Origin: Mobula hypostoma
Lineage: Eukaryota
Length of the DNA: 64,000 nucleotides
Assembly: GCF_963921235.1 (NCBI RefSeq)
Contig: NC_086097.1
Span: 212,662,001-212,726,000, forward strand
Direction: 5' to 3'
Part shown: in pieces, positions 50,873-63,640 of the stretch
Position numbering within the stretch: the stretch's first letter is position 1
How the letters are laid out: every line of letters starts with the position of its first letter
Notes under the pieces: model-generated
Told to the model about the DNA's origin: nothing
Databases searched by the model: none
The model's input: only the letters and a program-made list of their open reading frames with translations
Position numbers and translations under genes: made by a program

Positions 50873-51932
50873 CTGGATATAAACAAAGCAAGTATTCCAC
50901 ACATCATTCTCCATGGCTAAATTACTAAATCCCTTCAGAATCTTGTATTATTTCAAAATGCTCTTTACATTCGGAAGAACATCTATGCTATCCATTCAGT
51001 TCTGTTACTTCGTAAAGGGAAGGGCTTATCTAGCTCTAAAATTCCTTAGTTTACCAGCACATTTTCAATGTTATCAAAAAATCCTTCATGGCTGAATAAC
51101 GGTGAAACATTCAAATCTTTGTAAAGTCTCAGATCAGCTAGGATGTTGATTATTTTTTAATAATGCTCTTTCAATCTAATTGCTTAATGACACAATAGTC
51201 ATTTAGCAACTCAGAATATGCAAACTAATTGACTTCCGTGCCATCAGAAAATCACACATGCGGCATGAAGTGTACCTCAGGGAGCTAAATGAAATGCAAG
51301 AGTTGATTCTACAGTTTGGGGCACTGGGACAACAGGCTGCACTAATAAACCCGTGGAAGTACTCAGATGAGGAAGTAGGGCCAGTGCCAAATTTTTCTGC
51401 CCTCCAAAATCCTACGCTTCTACTTTTACCGAACTAAACTGCTTCCATTCATTTTTTTTTGTGTAAAGTCAATACTTGATGCAAGATTAGCAAAGCTGAC
51501 ATTTATTTGTACAAGCTTTCTCCTATTTTCTTTTCAATTTCTTTGGAATACGAGCGATAGAAGCTTTATAGATGCAGAAACTGAGGATGCTTTTTTTAAT
51601 AATCACAATTGTTTTGTAGGGTAATGTTTTCTTTCTCATTTTTCAAGTTTCTATTTTTTGTCATTTTGAAATAATTGTTAATACCCTAATAATGGTGAAT
51701 TAGTCTGTTGAACACTGCTTTCAAAATGCAGTGAAGGTAGCAAGAAAGAGGGACTGGGTACCACTAAAGATAATCTGGCTGAAGGGCTCTGAAATGCTGT
51801 TAGGAAGAACCGGATCTGCAGTGGGTGGTAACAGAACCAACGCAGGGAACGTTTCCAAATATACAAAATAGCAAATATGATATTCAGAAAATAAGATATT
51901 TAGAGAAGTTCTTCTGCTTCGGATAGAGATAT

Positions 51933-52050
51933 TTATCAGGACTCTTTTTCCAGTCCTGATGAAGGGTCTCTGAGAGAAACGTTGACTGTACCCTTTTCCA
52001 TAGATGCTGCCTAGCCTGCTGAGTTCCTCCAGTATTCTGTGTGTGTATTG
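51933..52050 (+). mobile_element. Penelope pLTR end with hammerhead motif and a vestigial inverted arm
   Basis: ATCAGGACT-8 nt-AGTCCTGAT hairpin; AGTC-CTGATGA...GAAA-CG-TT-GACT at 51952-51987 with a degenerate stem II. Confidence 0.75.
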
Positions 52051-52719
52051 TGAGGTCTTAGCTTTAATTGTATTTTTCATTTAAAAAGGTACTTCTTAAC
52101 AGTGTGAAGAATTAAGATTTTTTTTTGTTAAGATTCAACTTTGAAGCCTCACTTCTAAATTACAGTCTGGTTTAAATTAATTGAGCTGAAAAAAATTGTC
52201 TTGCTTTAATTGGGTTACAGTAAACAATATTGCTTTTATTTCATATATCGTAATTAAAATGAACATTATAGTTTACTATTAATATGAATGTTCACTGAAA
52301 TATAGCTTAACTTTGTTATTACAAGCATAAAACCTGGCATTTCATATTGACTCATTCTACACACAAAGACAGGTTTTTTTGAGTAAGAGCAGGCCATATT
52401 AGATTGGGAAAGAAGAAAAATAACTAAATAAAAGAATGAGTTAAGGGAAACAAATTCTATTCCTTTCAATTTTATGAGTCAAATATTTATTTATTTTAAT
52501 AATAGCGTAAATTTGCACTGTGAGAAAACCTCTGAATTTCCACTTTGTTTGCCCTTGAATATATGACAACCAATTTTCTTCCGTTTTCTTTAGTATTTTA
52601 CAGTAACTTGATCTGAAGAAAGCTAAAGACACACAAAGAGGATAACAACATGTTACAATCTACTGAGCATATTTATAAGCACGCACTCTTTGTTCTCTGA
52701 GTCTATTGTTCCTTAATAA

Positions 52720-54115
52720 AGTGGTCACTTTATTAGGTACACCTGTACACCTGCTCATTAATACAAATATTTAATTAGCCAATTATGTTGCAGCCGCTCA
52801 ATACATTAAAAGCATGCAAATATGGTCGAGGTTCAGTTGTTGTTCAGACCAAACATCGGAATGGGGAAAAAGTGTGATCCAATGCACTTGACCATGGATG
52901 ATTGTTAAAGCCAGGTGGGGTGGCTTGAGATTCTTAGAAACTGATGATATCCTCAGATTTTCATGCATAGCAGTCTCTCAATTTTACAGAGAATGGTGCA
53001 AAAAACAAGCGACAGATAGTTCTGTGGGCGAAAATGCCTTGTTAAGGAGAGAGGACGCAGGAGACTTGTTCAAACCGATAGGAAGGCAACAGTAATTCAA
53101 ATAACCACACATTACAATGGTGGTGTGCAGAAAAGCATCTCTGAATGTACAATAAAGATTCAAAGTATATTTATTATCAAAGTGTGTATGCAGTAGACAA
53201 CCCTGAGATTTGTCTTCCCCAACTGATACACAGACAACCACAAAATAAAAAATAACCTTGGAACCCATTCAAAGAATAAACATCAACACCCCCCCCCCAC
53301 CCACAAAATGCAATGAAAAATAAATCGCACTAAGGACAACAAAAAAGAAAATGAGTGAAAACAAAGAATGTAACAGAATATAAATACAAAAATAGAAAAA
53401 GTCCAGGCATACTCAGTTCAGCTCAGTTCATTATCTAAAGGCTGCACTGCTTCAAAATTGCCTTAAACAGCAATAAAAAAAGGAGTAACCTCAAACCAGC
53501 AACACATCATCCTGTGAGTCCAATCCACAGACTGCATCGATTAAACCATGAGCAAGATCCAGGCACCATCCTCCAACAGCAGCGAAGGAGAGCGAGCCAT
53601 TCGAACGCAAGGACTTTTCTTTGGGAGCAGTGAGCGAGAGGGAGAGAGAGACTGTCACGCACAGACAGCTTCCTCCAGCAGCAGCAACAAGAGGCCGATA
53701 GATGGTGCTCAGCACCCGCTCGCCCTCAACACTTGCCGCGATGATTTCAATTTTCATCGGCCCTTTAATCGTTGAGATCGGTGAAAAATGGTGTTGATCT
53801 TGGGTTCGCGCCCTGTCTCCAGGTTTCTTGGTCTCAAGGCTGCACGCTTCACTTGAAACACCCTCAGAGACAGCAAAGTGCCAAATTGCTCAGTCCGCCT
53901 GAAAGCACACCACCAGAGTGTCAATCACAAGCGCCAACAGTAGCAGAACCACATTTCAAAGAAAAACAAGTGAAAGAAGTAGTTTTGTGACCCGTCTGGA
54001 GGATATCACCCTCGCTCTCGTTTTTCGCTGCCACCACCCTTGAAGTGGGAAGACTACAGCAGTGGAAGACCACACTAGGTTCTTTAGATGTACCTAATAA
54101 GGCGGACACTGAGTG
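52720..54115 (+). mobile_element. Tc1-like DNA transposon deletion derivative, interrupted at ~53155-54037
   Basis: TIRs AGTGGTCACTTTATTAGGTACA / TGTACCTAATAAGGCGGACACTGAGTG followed by TA; N-terminal HTH transposase remnant (MIVKAR..ETDDILRFS..YREWC). Confidence 0.8.
53155..54037 (-). mobile_element. Non-coding retroposon with Rex1-type tail (different body) inserted in the Tc1 element
   Basis: Left end is the reverse complement of ...CTCAGGGTTGTCTAC...CTTTGATAATAAATATACTTTGAATC; no RT similarity in the body. Confidence 0.6.
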
Positions 54116-54124
54116 TAAACATCC

Positions 54125-54800
54125 ATCAGTAGTAGGATGTGGTAGTTATAGAGAGAATACAGAAGAGAACAGCAAAGTGTTGCCTGAAAGGGAAGGCAGT
54201 AATAATAATGAAAAACTGGGCAGATTGGGTTTATACCCACTGGCACACACACAATGCCAAAGGAGGTCAGGCAACATCTATGGAAAAGAGCACAGCTGAC
54301 GTTTTGGGCCAAGACCCTTCACCAGGACTCTTTTCGCATAGATGCTGCCTGACCTGTGGAGTTCCTTCAGCATTTTGTGTGTGTTACTCAGGCTTCCAGC
54401 ATCTGCAGATCTCTTCTTGTTTGTGATTATACCAACTGGAACATAAGAGCAAAGTCTAACCTTTTAGAGGTTTAGTGGGGACAGCCATGATCATGGGTCT
54501 TTTTTTAAAGGCAAGAGAGTGTAGGACTAGAGGGGACAGGCTTAAGTTAAATTTACTGGAGTTCTGAAGGGTACGTTTTTCATACAGAGGGTGGGCGGTT
54601 ATTTGGAACAAACTGCCAGAAGAGGAGTTAGTGTGATTACAATGGTTCAAAGGTTTTTGGACAGATGCTTAGGTGGGAAGGGATCTGAGGGATATGGACT
54701 TAATGATGACAACTGGAATTAACGTAGATAGGCATCACAATTGGCACAGATGTGGTAGACTGAAAGGGCACACTTCAGTGCTGAGGAATTGAATGATTTT
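54125..54800 (+). mobile_element. Old CR1 3' fragment
   Basis: IERIQKR..EKLGRLGLYPL..FFIQRV..WNKLPEE plus 3' UTR. Confidence 0.7.
54244..54426 (+). mobile_element. Fold-back Penelope-pLTR mini-element, older subfamily
   Basis: Inverted arms; 13-bp TSD TTATACC(C/A)ACTGG (54231-54243, 54427-54439). Confidence 0.8.
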
Positions 54801-57800
54801 ATAATTGAATCTGACTTAAAATTACATAAGAAATTCTATACAGTTTGCAATGGCGTGAATTAGGTGAGGGTCACTATCTCTGGATATGAGGTTATCATAT
54901 AGGTAAGATGAGGTAAATTCTCCCTCTCCAAAGGGGCAATGGAGAATTGGTTATCTATGGAACTCACACTTAATGAAATACACCAATTGGAAGGCAAATC
55001 TTTCCATGGGCAATAAATTCCACAAAGAGGTTGACAAGATGTGAGAACTACTGAATTCTCAGCAGTCCTTGGTGCCTCACGGCTTTGTAAAAGATTTGAT
55101 AAGAAAGGCTGACTGGTAACATTCCCCTCAACCACTTGCACCATTGACAAATATGTAAAATGACAGTAGCATTTTGGTCATGGAACAGGATTCTTTTCAA
55201 GGTTGTAATCTTCATAATTGTCAATTTATTGTGATGGTTGACAAATGATTATTCCACCTACAACAGCAGGCTTAAAGAGTTCATCTTCAATCCATTAATG
55301 ACCATTGTGAGACCATGTGTTTGGGTACAGTTGGATCCATTATTCATGAGGTCCAAAAAGAAGTGGTGTGCATGAAATGTAGAAATAAGCAGTTGGTCAG
55401 GTGAGGATATGTTTCATCTTGGCTAGAATAAATAATCATACAAGATTTCACCAGACGGATGCCCATTGGGAAATTATAAAACCTTCAGAAGCTTGATGTT
55501 TTAGTATCCATGGTGGAAAGTGCTTCATGGGATCCACAGGTACATTTATGTCAAGCATCAAAATTAACATGGTCGTTTGTGACAAGAACATTTACAAAAT
55601 GGTGCGGTATTACATAACTAAATATGCACCTGATTATGCATCCAATTGATATTGACATTTGCCACGTAAAGGGATCTGGTGATCGGACTTTGATGGTGGA
55701 TATCCAAACTTTGATGGTATTACACCATGATGCATACCACAAGACACATCAATAAATTTAACCAAAAGAGAACTGCCAGATTGGTGTAAGTTTGAGACGT
55801 AGAGGCCTGCAGGCAAGCACTACAACAGTACTGGTTGAATATTCTGGGATGGGATTAGTGAGATCTTTGTTGAAGCAGAGCTAGATTCATATGGATCTGG
55901 TAAAGGGGTATGAAGTTGTATTTTAGAAGTATGAACAAGGTAGCCAACTGAATGTAAATACTGTAGTGCTGAGTATGTCGCACTGATGGAAGAATACAAG
56001 CATTGGTTTGCTTGTCATTTCAGTTGATTTGGAAGACATTGTGGTGACAACACTGGAGTCAGTTTTCTAGTGCATTGTAGGTAGTCTGGAGCTCGGAGGT
56101 AGATAAGAGGACATAAATCAGTGCCATCCAATAGACAATAAGTTTTATTTATTGTGAGGCAATAATTACTATTAAATCAGCCTTCATGTTGCTATTATTG
56201 GGCAATGAATTAATAAAACCTGAGATTTCTGATGTATATTCCTTCCCACTTGGTCATCAGTACTAGAATAATATAGTGTGTCTGTAGCATTTTGAAACAA
56301 ACACATCACTATATTTTGGGATGAATCCATTGGTACATATAAATCTTTTTTCTATGCACTGTACCTATGTTTAATGGTGAATATAGATCTTATAAATTCC
56401 AGTCTGCATCAGCTCAAAATTAACTTTCCCATTGTAGTTATGATATACTGTATAATAATTAAGGCCTTTTTGCTAATATGTGCCAGAATTGATTTGAAGT
56501 GATGGTGTGTGTTACTTACAGATAGCAAAACATTTCTTTCATTATTGTTCAGGGAAGAGAACTCAGAGGTAAAAACAAGCTGTATAAAAAGCTACCCAAG
56601 GCCAAAAGAATATTGTTATGTGAGATTCATTTTATCACTTCTAAAGCAACAGAGCCCATTTAAAATACTCTACTATTCGCAGTCACCAAGGTTAATTAAT
56701 GTTTCAAAACTATGAGATTACATTTTTAAAATCTGGAAATGAAAGAGGCTATACCTTTGTTATAAAACGTGTTTAAGTATTATTAAGCACAGATTTATGA
56801 GATGCACGTGACTGACATATTTGAAATTGTAGTAGAAAAATATGCAAATTAGAGGCTAGCAATAATTCATCATCATGGTAAAGAATCTGACACTGCCTGT
56901 CACAAGGGATGTTAATGCAGACATGTTCTTTCCATTGCCTTCCAATGAATGGATAGGAATTAATTTACATACATATATCAGGCAAATAATATTAAGCTAA
57001 TTCAAAACTATTATTTTGAGCTATGTGAGACAAATAAAATATTTTTTTCTCCACACAAAAGATATATATCTCTGGTTTGCAACAGGGTTTTGCATATGTA
57101 AGATCCAACATAGTTTTGAAGTGTTGAATACATTTATAACCACTTGAGAGCAAGATTTCCCCTAAGATTCTATTTTCTGTTACCTAGCCTGTTGGCAGTT
57201 GGCATGTTTTTAAATTCACAGATTTGATTTGATTTAAGAATCAATTTCATTTCTACCAATGTAATTGTCTACTAGAATTTATAAAATAATAAAACAGTAA
57301 AACATTTTATACTGGAATTGAAACTTCTCTGAGATATTAAGCATTACAGATTTATTCTAGAAGGCAGATTAAGCTGTGCATTCATTATTTTGTGAAAATG
57401 ATTATGCATAATGTGTTTGAGTTCTTCCAGTATTTTTTCTGAGAAGTAACAAATACTTGTAGTCCTGTATTAAGCCCATACTAACTATTAGTTGGGGCAG
57501 TTTCTTTATAAGAATTTCTTAAGTAAGATGCCCCCTTGGCCAAATAATATCCTGGTTAATCTGAGTATTGATGGTACATATTGATCTAATACTTCCTTTT
57601 GTCAAAATGTGGATCATATTGTATGCTAATAAAATTCCATCCCTATATGTGACAAGCACTGTAGAAGTCATCAATGACTTTCATTTACAGGTATTTAAAT
57701 ATTTACAATTGTAGGTTTCAAACTTGACTATTAAACACATCACACATGATATAAATATTTGCTAATAAATTATTTTGAATAACAGTCTCAGTGAAATGCA

Positions 57801-58747
57801 ATTTGTAATTTTTCTCACACAGTTCAAACCTATATTTTTGGTGGAATTATTAGCATACAGGGATAGATTTCTGTAATGAGTTTTTGCACAATTATACACT
57901 AAACATGCTCATCTTCAGAGGCAGTGAAAAATGTGTGTAATGCACAAATTATACAATTAAGGTATGAAATATGAGTGAAAAAATGTTTTATTTCAGGCCA
58001 TGCAACGAATAATGGATAGCAGCAATGCTGGAAGATTTAATGAGATACATATAGAATTATAGATGGTTAGAAATTGCAATTTGTGAAAAATGCAGGCAAC
58101 ACAATAAACTATGAGTAGGAAGCACGAGAGGTTTTTTGATGGCAGATAAATCTTAAGATTAAACTGCAGCCTTTTTGCCCAATATCTGCCATCTATTTTT
58201 ATAATATAGTGCAGTGTCAATAAAATGAAAACAATGCTAATGATTATTGCTAAAAATAGAAACAAAATTATCTTGACAATATGCAAGAGGCCTAATGGTG
58301 ACATCAATGGGCTGTCAAATTCATCACACTTCACTGTAAACAACACAACAAAATTAAAATAACTGTCTGAATTACAGAACAATATTGCAATCATCATACT
58401 CAATAAGTAGTAACACAGTAAAAATGCTCTCCTAATATGATTTGTGCTTTCTGGTGTGGTGCAGCTCATATTATTCCAAAATGTTTGAAAGTCAGCATTT
58501 TTCTTGCATATATTATTTTACTTTTCATTTTAGGTTGTAAAGTGCTTTGAGGTTAAAGCTTTTCCTCTTCATTTACTGTTCAACTGTTAAAAAGTTTTGC
58601 AGTCCACTTGCAAAGCTCTATTTTCCTGAACTTTGTTTCTTAGAAATGCTGATCATGGGTTTATTGCTTAACTTAGTACTAATGGTCATAAATGAGGTAA
58701 CAAAGCCGTGCCCAGGCTGTAGGAAGAGTGCATCAGATATACTACTG

Positions 58748-59785
58748 AATCAGAATCAGATTTATTATCAGCGGCATGTGAAGTGACATTTGTTCACTAA
58801 ACAGCAGCAGTTCAATGCAATTCATAATATAGAAGAAAAAAAATAAGTAAATCTTATTCAGTATACTTTATACAGTATACATATAATGATTAGATTAAAA
58901 AATCATGCAAAAAACAGAAATACTATATATTAAAAAAAATTGAGGTAGTGTCCAAGGGTTCAATGTCCATTTAGGAATCGCTTGGCAGAGGGGAAGAAGT
59001 TGTTCCTGAATTGCTGAGTATGTACCTTCAAGCTTCTGTACCTCCTATCTGATGGTAACAGTGAGAAAAGGGCATGCCCTGGGTGTTGGAGGTCCTTAAT
59101 AATAGACGCTGCCTTTCTGAGACACCGCTCCTTGAAGATGACCTGGGTACTTTGTAGGCTAGTACCCAAGATGCAGCTGACTAAATTTACAACTCTCTGC
59201 AGCTTTTTTCGGTCCTGTGCAGTAGCCCCTCCATACCAGACAGCGATGGAGCATGTCAGAATGCTCGCCACAGTACAACTATAGAAGCTTTTGAGTGTAT
59301 TTGTTGACATGCCAAATCACTTCAAACTCCTAATGAAGTATAGCTGCTGTCTTGCCTTCTTTATAACTACATTGATATGTTAGGACCAGGTTAGATCCTC
59401 AGAGATCTTGACACCCAGGAACTTGAAGCTGCTCACTCTCTCCACTTCTGTTCACTCTATGAGGATTGGTATGCGTTCCTTCATCTTACCCTTCCTGAAG
59501 TCCACAATCAGCTCTTTCATCTTACTGACGTTAAGTGCCAGGTTGTTGCTGCAGCACCACTCCACTAGTTGGTATATCTCACTCCTGTACGCCCTCTCAT
59601 CACCACCTGAGATTCTACCAACAATGGTTGTATTGTCAGCAGATTTGTAGTTGGTATTTGAGCTATACCTAGCCACACAGTCATGGGTATATGGCGAGTA
59701 GAGCAGTGGGCTAAGCACACACCCCTGAGGTGTGCCAGTGTTGATCATCAGCGAGGAGCATACGTTATCACCAATTACACCGATT
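58748..59785 (-). mobile_element. Rex1/Babar LINE 3' fragment (RT C-terminal half and 3' UTR)
   Basis: NTGTPQGCVLSPLLYS, KSADNTT and KDLQHPGHALFSLLPS; (GAATCA)n tail. Confidence 0.92.
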
Positions 59786-60061
59786 GTAAGGTTTGGTGAT
59801 AACACAGTAAGGATGCCCAACTTAAACTTCAACAAGAAGCATTGTGTACGATCACTGCATTAAGCAAGGAGATATCATTTCTCTGCGGCACTTGTTGGAG
59901 CATGGCTCAGAGTTCAGTACCAGTGTTTATACTGCAGCACCTTTACTAATACACATCATTATAGTCTGGTTACTATCAAACTGCTTCTGCGACATCAGCA
60001 ACATTTTCAAAATGCTCTATTAATGTTATTACTATACTGTTCAGGGAGAGACAATAAATAA

Positions 60062-60520
60062 ATAAGAACACAAGAAGTAGAAACAGACTAGGCCCTTCGA
60101 GTTTGCTCTATAATTCAGTAAGATCAAGTGACATTGCACTTTCTTGCCATGATCCATGAGTCTTCCATTGTCCAAAAATCTGTAGTAATTCAGCATCCAC
60201 ACTTCTTTGGGACTGAAATCCCTAAAATTCACAACCTTTGGGAAAAAAATTCCTCCCTTTCTGATGTTCTTCTATCTTGAATCTCTAGCCCCTATTCTAT
60301 GTTCTCCCACATAGGGAAACATTCTCATTACGCTTACCCTGTCAGGCGTCCTCTGAATCTTATGTTTAAATGAGATCACCACTCATTCTTCTAAGTGCCA
60401 GAGATTGTTCTTCCAATTATTCACTTTATCCTCATAAAACAATCCTTCCACCCGAGGAATCAATCTCGTAAGACTCTATCCTCTGCCTCTAAGGGAAATA
60501 TAACTTTCCCTAAATAGCTT
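60062..60520 (-). mobile_element. Old CR1 3' remnant
   Basis: ATAAGAACACAAGAAGTAG-type tail and a degenerate C-terminus on the minus strand. Confidence 0.6.
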
Positions 60521-60689
60521 TGCAGCATTCATTATTTTTATTGAAGGAAATCTCCAAATTTGCCTGACTGCCACCCAATGGAAAGACAAGATTACCTGGC
60601 TATCCACAGATTTATGATATCATAGACTGTGGACAGGAAATCTGTATCTGAAGGTAAGTCTGATATTGAAACAGAAGGATTTAAGTTGA

Positions 60690-60868
60690 TGAACGCAGCA
60701 GGCCAAGCAGCATCTATAGGAAGAGGCGCAGTCGACGTTTCAGGCCGAGACCCGACCTGAAACGTCGACTGCGCCTCTTCCTATAGATGCTGCTTGGCCT
60801 GCTGCGTTCACCAGCAACTTTGATGTATGTTGCTTGAATTTCCAGCATCTGCAGAATTCCTGTTGTTT
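60690..60868 (+). mobile_element. Fold-back Penelope-pLTR mini-element, young
   Basis: Perfect 55-bp arms (60690-60744, 60756-60810); exact 13-bp TSD GGATTTAAGTTGA (60677-60689, 60869-60881). Confidence 0.93.
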
Positions 60869-63289
60869 GGATTTAAGTTGACTTGGTTTTTAACTGGTTC
60901 ATGATCACATGGGGGTCACTGCTTGACTTCTTGACCGCTGCAATGATTTTTCTTACCATGTCAGTCTTTAATATCCAGCCTGTTCCATATAAGCTGTCAC
61001 AGCTTCCTGAGGAAAGTTAGCTCATTGTACTGGTGCAAACCACACGTTCTGTTATAATGAGAGCCATTCATGAACAAACCAGTGTTTCCTCACCGGTTTG
61101 CTTTATTCAGATCTGAAGCTTTCCTCCTGCACATCTCGGTACTGAAAGCCAGGAAAATAATCCAAGCCAATCATAGTGGCAGATTTGCATAAGAAAGAGT
61201 TTAATAATCCTGATCAGATCATCAAATTTACTCTTTTAAAGCCATGTTCTTGAGGTAATTCTCCTTGTACATCTGCCCAAAATCATTTTGTTTTCCAATG
61301 GATAGAAGGTTCAGTGCTTAAAAGTTGGGGTCTTTCGCACTTCTCCTGAACAAATTTTGGCTACATTTTAAACATACTCTCTCTTAAATGCAGATTGCTT
61401 TTAAGTCATATAAGGAAGAAAATAATTACTGAACTCTTTCCTGAAGTATGTGAGTGAATAGCCTATTGATTGCATGAAAGTGTTGATAATTCACTTATAT
61501 TATTTTGGTTAACTAATCACTCAAATTTAAGATTTTCCATTGGTTCATATGATTGGGCACAATTCAGAACAGTGGCTCATTGTGAGAATAAAAATGCACA
61601 CAAAGCAGTTTTTACCCTTCTTATATTACGGCATATAAATTCAACGGAAATGAACTACAACAAAATGCTGCTTTCTGTATATTACATTGAACAAGTGCAA
61701 ATATCACAAGCTGTAATTTCTAGCCTCATGACATTTATTTTTTGTTTAATTGGAGAAGACCACTGATGACATTTAAACCCCCTTGGAATGATATGATCAG
61801 TATATATGGTTGATTGGAGACCAGTTTGTTTAATATTTTCTGACAACAAAGGCCAACATGAAATAAAAGCTTAAACTTTGGAGAAAGGGCATTTATATTT
61901 GTGAGAACTGCTAAACCATCAAGGCAATAATAAATTAAATGTATAGCAATATCATAATAACAAAAACATTCAATTAAAATGTTTTAAGCATTGTAAAAGA
62001 CCACTGGCCAGAACAAATGATTGAGAATTACATTTTGTAGAGTTCATTGAATTAGTCATTTTTTGCAATAATATCTTTTACTGTGAGGACAAAAAGGAAT
62101 TTGAAACAGTCGGGTTGGGATTCATGTTCTGTAAGTTACATTCAGAAACATTTTTATTACCTTTTATTAGCTTTCATTGGGTTGGGCTTATTTACTATTG
62201 CTTGTTGTTTTGGGGAAATGATGTAAGCTTCCTCAGTGATTCCTGCCACTCTTGTAGTAACAGCACTCCCAAAGTGACATGTGCCAGAAAACAGTTGGAC
62301 TTTGACCCAGCAATAATGATTATATGCTTTGTTCTGACGTTCCCTGCAGGTGATGATACTGATGGTGTTTCCATGACAGTATGGTTTTTGTCCTTCATAA
62401 AAGTGTTAAGCGGCTGGGAGTTATGTCCAAATAAGTTTACTAACTTGCTGCATTTGCCATCAGGAGATATGCAACCCTTAAGTTACATCCAGAATTATTT
62501 GAACACATCCGGCTTGATTCTCAACTCTGTTAACAATCTTGTTGCATACTCTAATGCACTTCACTATCAGGCCAATTCTGACTTGCATATGCCAATTTTA
62601 ATTTTTGTACTTCCACCTTGCAAATACCCATAACTGCATCACACATAATGCATGTCATTGCTTCGCAAAAGTGGTTTTCTATTCATGTAGTTTATGTCTA
62701 AAATGGATAAAGCCATGTCCTTTTTCAGACATACTTGTATGATCATGGAACATCTTTAAACTCTGCATTTGAGTGTTTGGCTCCATTCTGTCAGAGTCTT
62801 TTCATCTTGTGCCTGAAAGACCTGTTGGCTCTCTGCAGGGTCTTATTACTTTTCTTCAACTTGTTGAGCAATGCTTTCAGTGTTGCGTCAGAAAATTAGG
62901 GGCCCTGTTTCCATTTGTGACCTGCTGTCCTTTCCAGCAAGGTGGCTCTGAAATTATGTCCTGCATTCACTGCATTGCATAGTGCAGCCATAATCCACAT
63001 CTTCTTTAAGGCTTGTGGGCTGACTTTAATCAACCCAAGCTAACTAGAGGTGGTGGCAGCCAATCACAAAATGGAGTACCGTGGCGACCATTTTGAGGCA
63101 GTCAACAAATGCACTTGGTACTGATTTGTCATGGAGTTTATAAATATCAGGATAATAAATGAGCATTACCAGTTAAGTGCATCTTTTTGCAGATTAAATA
63201 GGATTGGACAATTATGTATTAGGATCCGTGTGCATTTTCCAGTGCAACAAGGCTAGCCCTATCCCCTCACCCACTTTATCATTTAATGC

Positions 63290-63640
63290 GCAATTGCAAG
63301 GCAGGACCTTACTGTCATTAGAATTTGGAAAACTATGATTTGATCAAAGTTTCAGCATATTAAGGAGAACTGATAGGGTAATTGACAGGGAACTGATAGA
63401 CTGTTAACATAGGGAACATCACTTAAAGATTACACTCAAGCTTTTCTGAATGTAGCTAGAAACCTTATACACAAAAAGATGGTGGAATGTTTGTAAGTTC
63501 CCTGCAAAGGCAAATTATTAAGTTTAAAACTGAACCTGCTGGGCCATTGTTAACTAAGGAAATTTCTGTGATGCCATATATAATGAAATTAGGTTATAGT
63601 TTGGTCAATGCTCTCAAGTGGTTCAACAGGTTAAAATATC
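63290..63640 (+). mobile_element. Very old CR1 3' remnant
   Basis: Degenerate LSLEFGKL*FDQSFSILRRTDRV..RNLIH..W pattern and 3' UTR traces. Confidence 0.5.

Noticed and set aside
56520..56579. Further minus-strand micro-exon candidates (also 60596-60626 and ~31381-31454)
   Set aside because: Signals are at the level expected by chance, and the phases do not chain convincingly.
57993..58469. 158-aa hydrophobic ORF (and 62115-62633, 172 aa)
   Set aside because: Composition reflects AT-rich DNA; no motif or splice support.
10397..60868. Recurring palindromes as CRISPR repeats, terminators or DNA-transposon MITEs; recurring 'MLVNAAGQAASLGRG' ORFs as a gene family
   Set aside because: They are dispersed rather than arrayed, have unequal and variable arms with 13-17 bp TSDs, and match the Penelope pLTR. 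The ORFs are incidental translations of the repeat.
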